A DNA stretch of 63,928 bases, the filler included, from Nemertoderma westbladi (taxonomy: Eukaryota; Animalia; Xenacoelomorpha), in the NCBI GenBank assembly GCA_032718475.1. It is 3 parts of 3 records of this genome, joined end to end, with 100 filler letters (N's around TTAATTAATTAA, not from the genome) between each part and the next. Parts side by side here need not be neighbours in the genome. Positions count along the whole stretch, not along the records: positions 1 to 30,303 come from JAUCBJ010006376.1; 2 more parts are not named here. The stretch is one strand, 5' to 3'. Under the pieces are notes generated by a model. That model was not told where the DNA came from and did no database searches. It worked only from the letters and a program-made list of their open reading frames with translations. Numbering within the stretch: position 1 is the first letter of the stretch; each line of letters opens with the position of its first letter. Positions 12,401 to 23,488 of this stretch are shown piece after piece. A program made the translations under genes and the position numbers.

Positions 12401-12881
12401 TATGTTTTGGACTTCGCCGTCCCACTAAAGTTGTAATAATTTTTGAGTGCAATCATGAATTTTGCTCAAATTACGTGTATATACCTTTTCTACTTCGATA
12501 GGCCTAATCTTTCAACGCTCGTAGGTAATAAAATTTAAGACATTCTATCAAAAATATATAAAATATAGAAATCCGATCAATCAGTTATCGTCGTGATTTA
12601 TAGGTCTTCTGAATTATCAGCAATATTTTATTGATATTTACTTTATTGTTTTTTTAGGTTGGTGTTTGAAGAATGAATGTGTCTCCGCTGTACTTTGTGG
12701 GGCTTCCAATCCAGACCAGATGAGAGAAAATCTACAAGCATTGAAAATACTGCCGAAACTCACCAACTCTGTAATGTCTGAAATCGAATCGATTCTGTCA
12801 AACAAACTCAACAACCCGCGAACAACACCTGTCGGCCAACAATTCGAACAACGGTACTCGAATCTGCCTTCATCAGCTTAA
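3316..12881 (+). CDS. KCNAB: Voltage-gated potassium channel beta subunit (Kv-beta/Hyperkinetic-like, AKR6), spliced gene; start exon not identified
   Basis: join(3316-3414,3971-4132,4885-5105,7017-7102,10527-10742,11692-11812,12658-12881), all GT-AG with consistent phases; gives [22 protein letters not shown]...DTAEVY...ITTKLYWGG...VFANRPD...YWGTSRW...EQCEY...[13 protein letters not shown]...LPQLAIGWCLKN...GAS, the Kv-beta signature with AKR catalytic D/Y/K retained. Confidence 0.93.
3376..3483 (+). repeat. Tandem duplication (61-nt period) of exon 3' end plus splice donor
   Basis: GTTAAACCAAGTGAGATTGGAGCAGTACATGACTTACAGGTTGGTAT occurs twice. Confidence 0.9.
3971..4132 (+). CDS. KCNAB: Kv-beta exon ([20 protein letters not shown]...[10 protein letters not shown])
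   Basis: TTCCAG acceptor, AG|GTGAGT donor, conserved Kv-beta core start. Confidence 0.93.
4115..4260 (+). repeat. ~29-bp minisatellite spanning an exon-intron junction (four donor copies)
   Basis: GGTGTACGCCGGGGGCAGGTGAGTTAATC repeated; GT donors at 4133, 4166, 4195, 4224. Confidence 0.9.
4365..4770 (-). mobile_element. Degenerate RTE LINE 3' fragment with a ~55-bp internal triplication
   Basis: ORF 4434-4664 contains [14 protein letters not shown], like the family-B C-terminus; GAGAGGA..TAATGAGACACAGACACCCCCAATACCGATAC x3 at ~4607-4770. Confidence 0.7.
4885..5105 (+). CDS. KCNAB: Kv-beta exon ([29 protein letters not shown]...[12 protein letters not shown])
   Basis: TTTCAG acceptor, G|GTAGG donor; overlaps ORF 4898-5140. 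Confidence 0.95.
5744..6764. mobile_element. PIF/Harbinger-type non-autonomous TIR element
   Basis: TIRs AGGCCATGATACACCACAGGAGCGGCGAGCGGCAGCG / CGCTGCCGCTCGCCGCTCCTGTGGTGTATCATGGCCT, TTA on both sides; a second family member lies at 15393-15603. Confidence 0.85.
7017..7102 (+). CDS. KCNAB: Kv-beta exon ([29 protein letters not shown])
   Basis: TTTCAG acceptor, ATG|GTTAGT donor; YWGTSRW motif. Confidence 0.93.
7370..8986 (-). mobile_element. 5'-truncated RTE-clade LINE (family A) in a Kv-beta intron; RT disabled by a nonsense mutation
   Basis: ORFs 7712-8953 and 7379-7666: [40 protein letters not shown]; TAA at 7712 where the 47.5-kb copy has TAC; (TAG)n tail; 12-bp TSD TCAGTTTGGGTA at 7358-7369 and 8987-8998. 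Confidence 0.93.
9385..9549. repeat. Near-perfect palindrome / foldback MITE
   Basis: ~65-bp arms (...TACTAATTTAGGTAGGACAGTTACACCCATATAGAAATGCGACCGGT / ACCGGTCGCATTTCTCTATGGGTGTAACTGTCCTACCTAAATTAGTA...) around an AT-rich spacer. Confidence 0.85.
9743..9796 (+). other. tRNA-like 5' fragment (SINE head remnant)
   Basis: TAGCTGAATGGTTAGAGCGTCAGACTTCCGACTCGGAGGTC resembles D arm plus anticodon arm; no T arm or B box. Confidence 0.35.
10122..10459. mobile_element. MITE with 24-bp TIRs and an internal ~25-bp tandem repeat
   Basis: GCACCATTTTCGTTAGCAGAAGTT / AACTTTTGCTAACGAAAATGGTGC; internal AAAAATTCGTCAAAGTTCATAGAAT repeats at 10150-10270. Confidence 0.7.
10527..10742 (+). CDS. KCNAB: Kv-beta exon ([14 protein letters not shown]...[13 protein letters not shown]...SRAALK)
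   Basis: TTCCAG acceptor, AAA|GTTAGT donor; overlaps ORF 10539-10790. Confidence 0.95.
11692..11812 (+). CDS. KCNAB: Kv-beta exon ([40 protein letters not shown])
   Basis: TTTTATTAG acceptor, G|GTGAGA donor; matches the Kv-beta helix region. Confidence 0.92.
11861..12243. mobile_element. PIF/Harbinger-type MITE
   Basis: TIRs AGGCCTGTTTACACGTGGCAACTTTTAGAGCAACT / AGTTGCTCTAAAAGTTGCCACGTGTAAACAGGCCT; TTA TSD; many internal AAGTTGC motifs. Confidence 0.88.
12658..12881 (+). CDS. KCNAB: Kv-beta last coding exon ([25 protein letters not shown]...SSA*)
   Basis: TTTTTTAG acceptor; TAA at 12879-12881. Confidence 0.92.
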
Positions 12882-13654
12882 TTATTTGTCTTTTACAATT
12901 AATATCCGAGGTGCTTTCTATCCGGCCTACATACTGTAAGCGTGTTTACCACAACACATATAGAACGGAGGTGGGGCTCAATCAAAATACATACCTCGCA
13001 AATAACAGCTGAATGAGTTACTCCCCAAAATAAAACTACAGTATAACCTGCGACTTTACTTGATTGTTTTTACTGTAATAACGCGCCATTGTGAGCTGCT
13101 CCTTTCCATTCAATGAATTTAATATGAGACACAATATTAATTCTCCGAGATGAAATTTACGTTAAGTTCCCCGCCCTCAATGTACAAATCTTAGGTTACC
13201 TAATAAGTAATAGATTGAAATCCCTCAATACTTTCAATATATAAATATAAAAATAATTATGAATTTTTTTGAACCATTTGGAACTACTTTTTACGAATAT
13301 AACTTGTTTTTTTGTGCTTTAATGTGCTATTAATGTTTCTATTTTTCTATATACACAATCTATCTCTATTACACCCAGGACAACTATTGATTGTACTGTA
13401 ATATACAGTACTGTAGGTTTATGATTGTTAGACCTTTTAATTATTATTTAGCTACTTATTGTATTATAGTAATGGTATAAATTATTTAAAATTAATTATT
13501 ATTAATGGTGAAAAATGCTAGAATTTAATTAAAAAAAAATTTGGCAATAAATATTAAATGCTTGCGAATTAACGTCATTATATAATACAGTAATACTGCA
13601 GTAATAATAAAAACATGCTTTTTTATATTCTACTGTATTAATTATTTTAAAATG

Positions 13655-13880
13655 TTAAGGTTGGGTACGCAATTTTTGGACAACTTTTCGATTTATCACT
13701 CTCAACGTTATATAACCTGAAAAATAAAAGAGCTATTAAATAACGGTTTTCATATTTGGAAACACCAATTAATCGTGCATTATAATAGATCATAAAAATA
13801 ATTTCCACATATTTTGGACCAAAATGGTGTAACCCCTACCCCTACCCCCCCCACCCCCCCCCCCCCCCCCCCCCCTTATT
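13655..13880. mobile_element. Short TTAA-GG (Kolobok-like) non-autonomous element; a longer relative lies at ~34713-35430
   Basis: Begins TTAAGG..GGTACGCAATTTT, ends AAAATGGTGTAACCCC..CCTTAT; blocks GGACAAC..CGATT.ATCACTCTCA and AAAAGAGCTATTAAATA.CGGTTTTCA.ATTTG are shared with 34740-35430. Confidence 0.5.
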
Positions 13881-15392
13881 ATATTCCGTTATTTCAGTTA
13901 CATTCGACGGATATAATGAGAACGACTGCACTAAAGTACTTCCACTACTAGACTAATTAAACAATCCCCATGATGGACTTTTAAGATGATTGACATGTTT
14001 CAATAAAATATTATTGACTCCCAATCCCGCCTAGCGAATCAATATTGATTCAACCATTATAATACAGTAGGCCTACAGTTAGAGGCCTAATCTCAGATTA
14101 GACCTCGAAATCCTCTTCCCTTTAAATTTCCATATCCTCATATTTTTATCACTGGAGTTGTTGTCCGTTGTCTAATTAGCCTCAACTTGACAACCCAGAA
14201 ATGTTTGGCATTGTCAAGCATCACGTTCTAGGCATTCACTCAGCCCATACGCCCAAATATGAGGTCATTGTGATACAGAGTAGTACAAGTACAGTAAGTT
14301 CAGTATACATTAGTACAGTACGTTCAGTATACTGTTGTACAGTAGTATGTACAGTAGTTCTCACAGAGTGCAGAGCAGTATAAGAATCTTAACAAAATTA
14401 ATGTACATGAATAAACGTGGGAGTTTTTCAGAATCAGACTTATACTAAGTTTTATTTATATCGATTTTGGGGCATCATCAGGATATATAAAACAACTAAA
14501 TTACAGTAAATAAGAAACCTAACTTACTGTATAAATTCTACCTCAGCTCTGATTTCATGAAGCGATTCGATTCGACTGGCGAATTTGGTGTTTAGACTCG
14601 GGTGCATATAAAGAGCGGACAGTGGACTGTCAATCAAAGCAATGAAATCAGCGAGGTAAATTTGAATTATCGCTTTCTAGTCGTGTAGTCTGCTAATTGT
14701 AGCAACCTACAAACAGTGGGTGTTTTTGGCGCCAGACTGTCTTGGGTGACACCTCCTGTTAAAGAAATCCCTCAAAGGGGATTCTTACTTTTGATATGTT
14801 CGTATTTTCAAATGAAACAAAGGGTTTAATCAAACTATAACATAGTACCAAGCTAATTGCCCTAAGCACAAGCCAAAACAGAAACAACAAAAACAATAAA
14901 TCTGATTTGGCTTCCTAAGCTACTTAATACGAGTGTTGGTGACTTAACACTCTAATTGTTCACCTTTCACAGAGAAATAAAGCAGTTCGTCAGGCGGACA
15001 AATGTTGAATGTGAGAAAATTTAATATTGCAAAAGGGGGGAAATTATTTACCTAAAGTTCCCTTAGCGCTGACTTTAATCAGCTATATTACTGCTCGCTA
15101 CGCTTGCGACTACTGTAGACTTGCAAACCCGCTATTTTTTAGATAACCACCTAGTGTAAATTTGTCCAAAGATATTTCTGAATTTCCTAAGTGTAAATAA
15201 CTAAAACTATTCTCCGCTATGCAGCGTACGAAATCCTTATTTTATTATAAATACTATCATAAACTACATTTACTCAAATGTACGGGGTTGCAAACTAATT
15301 ACTGTATTAGGTATTCCAGAATTTGTAACACTAATTAGTTACGTTACTGGGCTACACTAGAGACAGCCTAAATACCGTATTATATTACCTTA

Positions 15393-15603
15393 AGGCCATG
15401 ATACACCACAGAAGCGGCAAGCGGCAGCGGCGGGCGGCAGCGGCGAGCGGCCACTTTTTAAAAATAGAACACATTATTTTCTATGTACAAATGGCCGCTG
15501 CCACTCGCGGCCCCTATGGTGTATCATAATAAAAGTCGCCGCTCACATCGGCCGCTCGCCGCGGCCGCCTGCTGCTCGCCGCTTCTGTGGTGTATCATGG
15601 CCT
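15393..15603. mobile_element. PIF/Harbinger MITE, internal-deletion derivative of the 5744-6764 family
   Basis: Same AGGCCATGATACACCAC TIRs, TWA flanks. Confidence 0.85.
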
Positions 15604-15699
15604 TAACAGTAATTTAACAAGCATAAATAGAAAACAGGAAACAATCAAGTATCAGGCACTTTCTAAAACAATACAACATAAAATAGTTTTAGCCTTAGC

Positions 15700-16066
15700 G
15701 GTAGCATTAGCGTTAGCTACAATTAGGCCCTATAATCGCAGTAATAGCGTTAGCAGTAGCTACAATTAGGCCCTACAGTATAATCGCAGTAATAGCGTTA
15801 GCGGTAGCTACAATTAGGCCCTATAATCGCAGTAATAGCATTAGCGTTAGCTACAATTAGGCCCTATAATCGCAGTAATAGCGTTAGCGGTAGCTACAAT
15901 TAGGCCCTATAATCGCAGTAATAGCGTTAGCGGTAACTACAATTAGGCCCTATAATCGCAGTAATAGCGTTAGCGGTAGCTACAATTAAGCCCTATAATC
16001 GCAGTAATAGTGTTAGCGGTAGCTACATTAGGCCCTGTAATCGCAGTAATAGCGTTAGCATTAGCG
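15700..16066. repeat. 43-bp minisatellite, ~8 copies
   Basis: Unit GCTACAATTAGGCCCTATAATCGCAGTAATAGCGTTAGCGGTA. Confidence 0.92.
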
Positions 16067-17025
16067 TAAACGGATAAGGTCACCCCAGATCAATGTGATC
16101 TTTCTACCTAACTCGCCCAACTAGCAAATCTAAGATACAAAATCTATGTCGCCTTGCCCCTTACAGCCTTATAGCCTTAATGGCGACCGGCCCTCGGTCC
16201 TAAACTTAATTCAGCCAACCGCAGCCACCAGCCCCGCCGGTAGTGCCGTGCATTGGATCCTCCAACTTCTCCCATCGCTTCCAAACAGTGAGCCCACGGC
16301 GCCTACCCCTAGCCCAACATGCTAAAGCGGGTGGTTAGGCTACCGTAACCGCGTAAACATAGCAAAACAGTCTGACAGTTGACAGTCGAAGGAAACAAAC
16401 GTTGATTTTGGTTTACTACATTGCGGCAATTATATTTGCAATCAGAAATATAAAATCAAGAGTCAGACTAAGCAGTAATCATTAACAAAGTCACAAATGT
16501 ATGAACAAAGCAGCAAATTTACAATCAAACGGAAGTGCAAAAAACGAAGAATAAAGATGGCTACTACAAAACTGCAAGATTGACGCAAAGTCTAAATTTG
16601 CTCACATAATCAGGCGACATTAAGCACATAATCGCCTCAACTTAATTTGGCGATTATTAAAGCACAATTTAGGTATTATTATAGCACCTGTGTATTTTAT
16701 TTACCCTATCTAATTAAGGTTGTACATCAATACGACTTATCTAATCTGTTATATACTGTATAACGGGTTGTTTTACACGCAACACTATATATTGCAACAC
16801 CTCCTAATTAGGCTAATTAGACCCTATTTGACAGGTGTCATCAATTAGTTAGTACAAATACACCCTAATAGACGTCTTCTGACACCTAATTATGGATTAA
16901 TTGGTGCCATAACGCTGCAATCAATAGATTGCTATTAAATGTATAGTAATAGTATATGCAATAGAACGAGCTGAGCAGTGGATTAACCATCCACACCAGT
17001 GGACAGAGGCCAACTAAGGGCCTAA

Positions 17026-17322
17026 AGGCCTTTTCACATCCAACGGAACGGTACACCGCGCGGTGTACCGCAGGGCCAGCAGTACACCGCTGACTGTGAA
17101 CGTAGTTGTGCGCTAAACCGCGCGGTTTACCGCAGCCCATTTAAACAATGATAAAACAATTAATGTAATTTCCTGTTGAATTCACAGTCGACAGATAAGA
17201 TGACAATCAGTTACCGTTGGGTGTGAACGGGCTCTGGGTAGTGTACCGCTGGCTTACCGCTTCAATACCTCTAGACTACTTTACCGCTCACGGCTCACGC
17301 ACCTTTGGATGTGAACGGGGCT
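17026..17322. mobile_element. PIF/Harbinger-type MITE
   Basis: Imperfect TIRs AGGCCTTTTCACATCCAA / TTGGATGTGAACGGGGCT, TAA TSD, internal TACCGC/GCGGT motifs. Confidence 0.75.
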
Positions 17323-17325
17323 TAA

Positions 17326-17530
17326 CCCTATTAAACCCAGGGGGGGGGGGGGGGGTCAATATGACCCCCCCCCCCGTGGTTTTTTTATTATAATTCTGAA
17401 AAAAACGAAGTTGGGAATCTGAAATTTTATGACTTTTCCTAAAAATCTATTGTCTTCCTAGTAGTGAAAACCGTTTTCAAAAATATTGGGTAGTTTTCGA
17501 GTTATAGCACCATTTTTTAACCCTACTTTT
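17326..17530 (+). mobile_element. Truncated TTAA-CCCT (piggyBac-like) element end
   Basis: TTAA|CCCTATTAAACCC(G)n TCAATATGACC(C)n...; near-identical to 18472-18680. Confidence 0.65.
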
Positions 17531-18087
17531 TAATATTTTGAATGTATGAATATGGGAATCAATACACCCTTGTTTTTTATTGTGTTATCGCTAATGTTGG
17601 GATAGAGTTGGGTCATTTGAGCTAGTGTATAAGTAAACAGTTGTCTGTGTGCGCTTCCGTTGGAGGGGGGTTGAAAGGGATTGTTTCGCAAAATAGAGTT
17701 ATAATCTTGCGAAGTTGATGTTTTGTTATTGGAACCGCCACCACCGACTTGTTTTGGAGTAGAGTTGATGGGGGATGAGTGGGAGGTAGATGGAGTTTTG
17801 CGTTTCCGTGAAAAAAGACGAGTGTAGCATTCATGCTTAGTGAAGGATGATAGGGTGAGCGAATCCCCGCAGCGGCAATCGGCTGGCTCATTTACGTTTG
17901 TAAATCCTGTTCCCCCCTGAGGACATGATACCAGATGGCCAACCAGCGTCTTCTTTTCCGAGAACCAAGTCGGGCAACAGTCGCATCTATATTGCGCGAA
18001 ATGAGTTTTAATGTGGCGAGATAAATTAACACTCCGCGTCTCTTTGTCGCAGATGGGGCAGCTGACTATAATCGTAGATCTTGGCAT
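17530..18087 (-). CDS. C2H2-type zinc-finger ORF (185 aa), probably truncated and possibly transposon/Polinton-derived
   Basis: CPICDKETRSVNLSRHIKTH and CDCCPTWFSEKKTLVGHLVSC fingers, RKRK basic patch, QVGGG; acceptor-like TTTTTCTAG 8 nt before the ATG; the stop coincides with the junction to the transposon fragment. Confidence 0.55.
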   Translation of the reverse strand: MPRSTIIVSCPICDKETRSVNLSRHIKTHFAQYRCDCCPTWFSEKKTLVGHLVSCPQGGTGFTNVNEPADCRCGDSLTLSSFTKHECYTRLFSRKRKTPSTSHSSPINSTPKQVGGGGSNNKTSTSQDYNSILRNNPFQPPSNGSAHRQLFTYTLAQMTQLYPNISDNTIKNKGVLIPIFIHSKY

Positions 18088-18471
18088 CTTGAATCTAGAA
18101 AAAATAAGTTGATTATTTGTAAAAAATAAAAAATACTGTATACTTGCTAAAAATAACGTAAAACAGTAGGTATTAATCGGTTACTAGGCAACAATACTGT
18201 GTTTGTACAGTTAGGCCTATTGCTATAATGTATCAATTAGGCAGTGAAACATAAAGCAGACAGTCGGCAGTGTCTAGTGTAGTAGTGCTAGTGTACCAGC
18301 TGCCAGATAGTGGCGATAACCAAGACACAATAGCGATGGCAGTTATTATTCGTGGAAAGAGTGCTTTTTCGTGGCTTTTCCACTTAACATTATTCCATTT
18401 TGTATAAAATATGTTATGTGGTTGGAGAAAGCTGCTACTAAGCAGCAACCAATCGCGTTAATCCTGTTTAA

Positions 18472-19228
18472 CCCTATTAAACCCGGGGGGGGGGGGGGGG
18501 GGGGGGGTCAATATGACCTCCCCCCCGTCGTTTTTTTTATTATAATTCTGAAACAAACGCAGTTGGGAATCTGAAATTTTATGACTTTTCCTAAAAATCT
18601 ATTGCCTTCCTAGTAGTGAAAACCGTTTTTAAAAATATTGGGTACTTTTCGAGTTATAGCACCATTTTTTAACCCTACTTTTGGTACTTTTTTTGAGACG
18701 TTTTTTGAAAATTACATTTCATTAGATATTAATTGTAACATCTCTATTTTTTATTTACATCGGTTTTTTGGTGTTAGAAATTGGATGGAATTCATATAAA
18801 TTGATTTAGAAATTTCAAACTTGTTTTCTTCGGTGGGTGCCAAATTTTGGTGTCAGCACCAAATTTTGAAATAAGTCAATTTTGTAAATTGATTGTTTTA
18901 AACTTGTTTTTTACGCAATTGGGGTTTTTTGGGGTTCTGGATTTGATGAAATATAAGCGAGTTTCACCAAGCGTATCAAACTTATATTTTTCGGTGCTGT
19001 GTGCAAATTTTGGTGCTAGCACGAAATTTTGAAAATCCATTCAATAGATAAAATTGCTTGTGACAATTTATTTCTTGCGTTTTAGAGGTTTATGGCTGTT
19101 CTGAATTTAATGGAAAATATAATTATCGAACAATACATCTCAAACTTGTATTTTTCGGATGTTGGTGCAAAATGTGGTGCTAGCACCAAATTTTGAAAAC
19201 CATCAAATATATCAATTGATTGTGTTAC
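18472..19228 (+). mobile_element. TTAA-CCCT (piggyBac-like) non-autonomous element interrupted by the BEL LTR
   Basis: Same terminus as 17326; three ~170-bp internal repeats with palindromic CAAATTTTGGTGCTAGCACCAAATTTTG; ends abruptly at the LTR TG (19229). Confidence 0.65.
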
Positions 19229-22200
19229 TGTTCGCGCTTTCAGACCTTTGGCAGTTTAACCCACCAAATTAAGATGTCTTCTAGATATTAAATCAGTTTT
19301 TAGTCTATGACAAGTATTTGATTCACTACACTAGTCGAAACCAATCCGTGCGCGACCATTCACCCGCTGGATATTCCCGGGAGATTGGGTTCGACGGTTT
19401 AATTTTATTGCTATGTAAGCCTAATGTATTATTCGACTGACAGTATTATATAATCTCTGACAATATTATTCACCTTCGGTAATATTAACAGTTCCTTTAG
19501 GACGTGGCGCTTTATCTATATAAACAGAGTTATGACTTAAACTACTCACAACGATATGGCTTAATTATAATTCACATATATGGCGCATTCTTTAGGAATT
19601 GCTTCTTTAACAGACTCACTCATACACAATGCTGCACAATACTGCACACTTATCTGCCAATCTTCACTGATTTTAGTCACATATAAAAGGAACACAGACT
19701 GACTCATGTAGGGTCTATCAAATAACATTAGATTCACTTCAAACCACTTTAACATAAGTCACAATCGTTTATCTGTAACCCTTCTCTCTTACCTTCGGTA
19801 TATCAAGAATATTGGGTTTCGGGGTTATTTATCGTTATTCCAAATATAATAATTCATCAACCATATTATGAAGAACTGACGGTAAATAGCAGTATAAAAC
19901 AACAATGAAAACACTGATTGTTATGAGTTTGCAATGTTTCAGCAGTCAGTATGTATGATCAGTCAGCAGTGATTCCATGAGTCAGGTAGTCGTTAGGTAG
20001 TTAAAGGATATATGCCCTTTATAATTAAACCTACTAGTGTAAAACTAAAAACAGTAAAGCACAAAATACTTCCAAGCCGTTCTTTCTTTGGCTCAGGACT
20101 CAATGTAAACACTGCACATAGGCATTGCGTCATTTCTCGGAAATTTTCTGTACAAGGAGCCACAAAAACGCTCTAATTGGCTGACTGAACTGAGAGACGC
20201 CGTAGAACAAAGGAAATCAACACGTATGAATGTCAGCTGTTAACCGTAGTCATAGTAACTACTGTTCAAGAGTAGCTATCACCCCTTTGCGTCACGAATT
20301 GCCATAGAATCATAAAATATGCCTTTCATACACATACGGAGGAAATAGGTCTTAGATCCTCTAAAAACACCGATACAGCAATAATACGGTCTCTTACACT
20401 TATTAAATCAACTACAGAGTATTTTAATGTAAAAGATAATAAAAATAACGGGGCAATTCAGCAAAGGCTTTTACACCGCTCCCAAAAAATGGGATTTTCA
20501 GTCTATAAAATATAAAAATCACAGTTTCTAAAACATAAAGATACTCTAAACAGTTAGTCTTTCTTACGCAGATGGCGTTTACGCAGTTTTTTGAGGCTAG
20601 CAAGAGTCTTTTTCTCTTTGGGGGGAGCCACTTTACTAGGAGGGCCATAACTCCTGGGTGAAGGGTGCAATAAGATTGCATCAGAAGGTGTAGGATTGTG
20701 GTCGAGGTATCTGCCGTTTCGATATGCTTCTCCTCGAGCTGATTTTCCTCCGCTCGTAGCTGGATACGTTCATCCAAAAACTCTCGCAGAGAATAGGATC
20801 GTCCAAGTTCGATAACTTCTTAGAGATTCTGGATTTCCCAATCGAATTGAGATAAGGCCAATTCGTTTATCGATTGGACTCACTGTTATAACTTACGTTT
20901 ATCTGAACAAACGCAGGTTTCCTTTTTGATCTTTATAAAATAGCGTTTAACTCGTTTCGTACAACGCTCTCCTTCACCTTGATGAGGGGTTGTATCGCGT
21001 TAAACGTGGACGACCATACGGTTGGATAGTGATATTAGGTGTCCGCGTCACAATCCGGCTAGGTAAGATGGGCGGCTAGCTAGAAATCACTGTCGGAGTG
21101 TTACCGATTAATTGTTAGGGTAGCACTAGATCTTTGAACAGTGAATACAGTCCGCGAGGATCCGCGACACCACCAAGATCGCAGGTCTGAGGTCCAACTA
21201 AGGAATGAGGAGGTTTGACCGAGTATTCCGGGACTCTGATCGTAGGTTTACTCCAGGATCGTTCGAGCCGAGTGAGCATAGGTGATACGTCAACAAGTTT
21301 CGGTTTACGTGGATGTTTATGTCTTTCCGTTTATTAGTTGGGTCTAGGGCATTTATCGTAATAATACCAAAGACGCACGTCTGGTAGGGTAAACGCGGGT
21401 GATATTTATTTGTTGTTACAATGCTTCTATCAAGAATTCCAAATATACGTTGGAGTTACCGCGTCCATTTGTTTCTTAAGTGTCTTTTCTTTCGAGTCGA
21501 TTTCGAATAGAATTTTCGCATTCGAATTTCCGTTTATGGTTCCGACTCCGCTGGGCAGGATATATAGTCGACATAGTCCGTATTGTGTAAATCGATAGGA
21601 TGACCAGTAGTTAAGAAGCCCATATACATACCATTACGCCGCGTATATCGAGCAGCGAATTTTCTATAGTCCAACTCGCGCGAGCTGCTCTTGGGACATT
21701 GGCGGTTCGATATAACGACCATCGTCCTCCGCAGCAGTTGGACTAACGTCGCCACGTATTAAGCTATCAACAAACGCTTGTAAAAGTAGAGTATATCGCT
21801 CCCCGATACCAAGACCATCTTCTATCAACTCCGTCATATCTGCTATATATGAGTTTATCCATATTATAATGAGTTTATATTTAGGCGAGCGGGCGTCGCT
21901 GCCTACCCCAATCAACCCCGGACAGTACGAGATCCTCAGCGCCGATGTGTCGTCGCCGCTGTACTTTCGCCAACGACGTAGCCGCACAACGACAACGACA
22001 ACCGGCACAAGTCACTCAACTGTCCGTCCCAAAGTCTTAGATGTACTTCAGGTTTTCCTTGGAGAGTTAGGTTACTTTACGATTGCGACTGGCTACTGTA
22101 AACACACCTTAGTAGTAACATTCGCCTATAAACTCACAAGTACCACACACACAATTTGTCACAAATTACACACACTCGGGTCACTTGTCCGTTAGTCAAT

Positions 22201-23470
22201 GCCTTCCAGAATGTCACTGTATTATTATGTATCCTTGGATACTATCAGTGCACTATTTATTTCCTATGCTATTCAATGGGACAAGCTTTCTATTGTTCTT
22301 TTAACTCAATTCTAATTCTAGCGTGATTGTTGCTATGGTGACATTATGCAAAGCTAGCGGTAGAATTAGGGTGATTCCCATGCATACAGATCTGGGATGT
22401 TATTTAATAGTAATTCTTTAATAGTCAATGTCCTGTTTATACATGACTTTATGAATTTTATCGGCTATTGACTATGTTTGGGAGACTTTCACACACTCAT
22501 ACGCATGATAAGATAAATCTCCGCTCCCTTGATCTATTAATTAATGAAATTTTGGGAACTTTATAAATTGCGTAAAAATGGCAATTTATTAAATTCATTA
22601 AAAGGCATGAATTTAAATTTATTCCCTGAAATTTTATTATTTGATAATTAAATGGACATATTTTGATTCTAGAACATGTCTAGGGACACAAGATCCTTAA
22701 TTCTATGACAATTGTCTTTTTTAAGAATATCGGTAAATGCTACGATATCTTAATTGACTAGAATTGTGGAAGGATCTGAATTCTACAGATTTTGATTTAT
22801 TAGATTTGCAAATATTAAATAATTAATATTTGAGATGGGCACCGATTTATTCCAGAACTTGTCTGGGGACGTTAACCACTGATTCTAGAATTTGTCTTTC
22901 AAGTATATCGGTGGGTGCCGCGATATCTTAATCGACTAGAATTACAGATGGTCAAAGGGTTTAACAGATTTATTTTGCGTTATACGCTACTGTTAAAGGG
23001 ACATCACGCTACTATATGTATTATTTAATATACGGTATGAGAGCAATATCGCACGAAGCAATGTCAGTGTGAAGAGGCAAGTCGTTTCCAAGGTCTACCC
23101 AGAGCTTGGTTTAGCCGAGACACGAGGATCTGAACTTTGCATTCCTAATACTCTGCCTACCAATAATACTAAATATAGTAGTGGCTTTATTGTACTTTAA
23201 TAAGTACAGACATTTCATCTTACTGTAGTTACGTATTTATAATATAATACGGACAGTAAGGAAAGAGAAAAATAATTATTTCTTCGCCGTCGCACTAAAT
23301 ATAATATAAGTAATTACGTACGTAATAAACACGAATATATTGCACTATTCTACAAAATAATCGCTAAATAATATTCTACTAAATTAAATAAAACGATTAT
23401 AATAAAATTACATAGTAATACATACATAAATATAAAAATAATAATAATAATATAAAATAATAGAGTCACA
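19229..23470 (-). repeat. 3' LTR (~4.2 kb, TGT...ACA); inner boundary inferred from the PPT
   Basis: Homology to 30079-30303 and (inverted) 30404-32666 confirms at least 19229-21427; the boundary at 23470 is inferred from TGTGAC immediately after GGAGTGGGTG on the minus strand. Confidence 0.6.
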
Positions 23471-23488
23471 CACCCACTCCATATGTTG

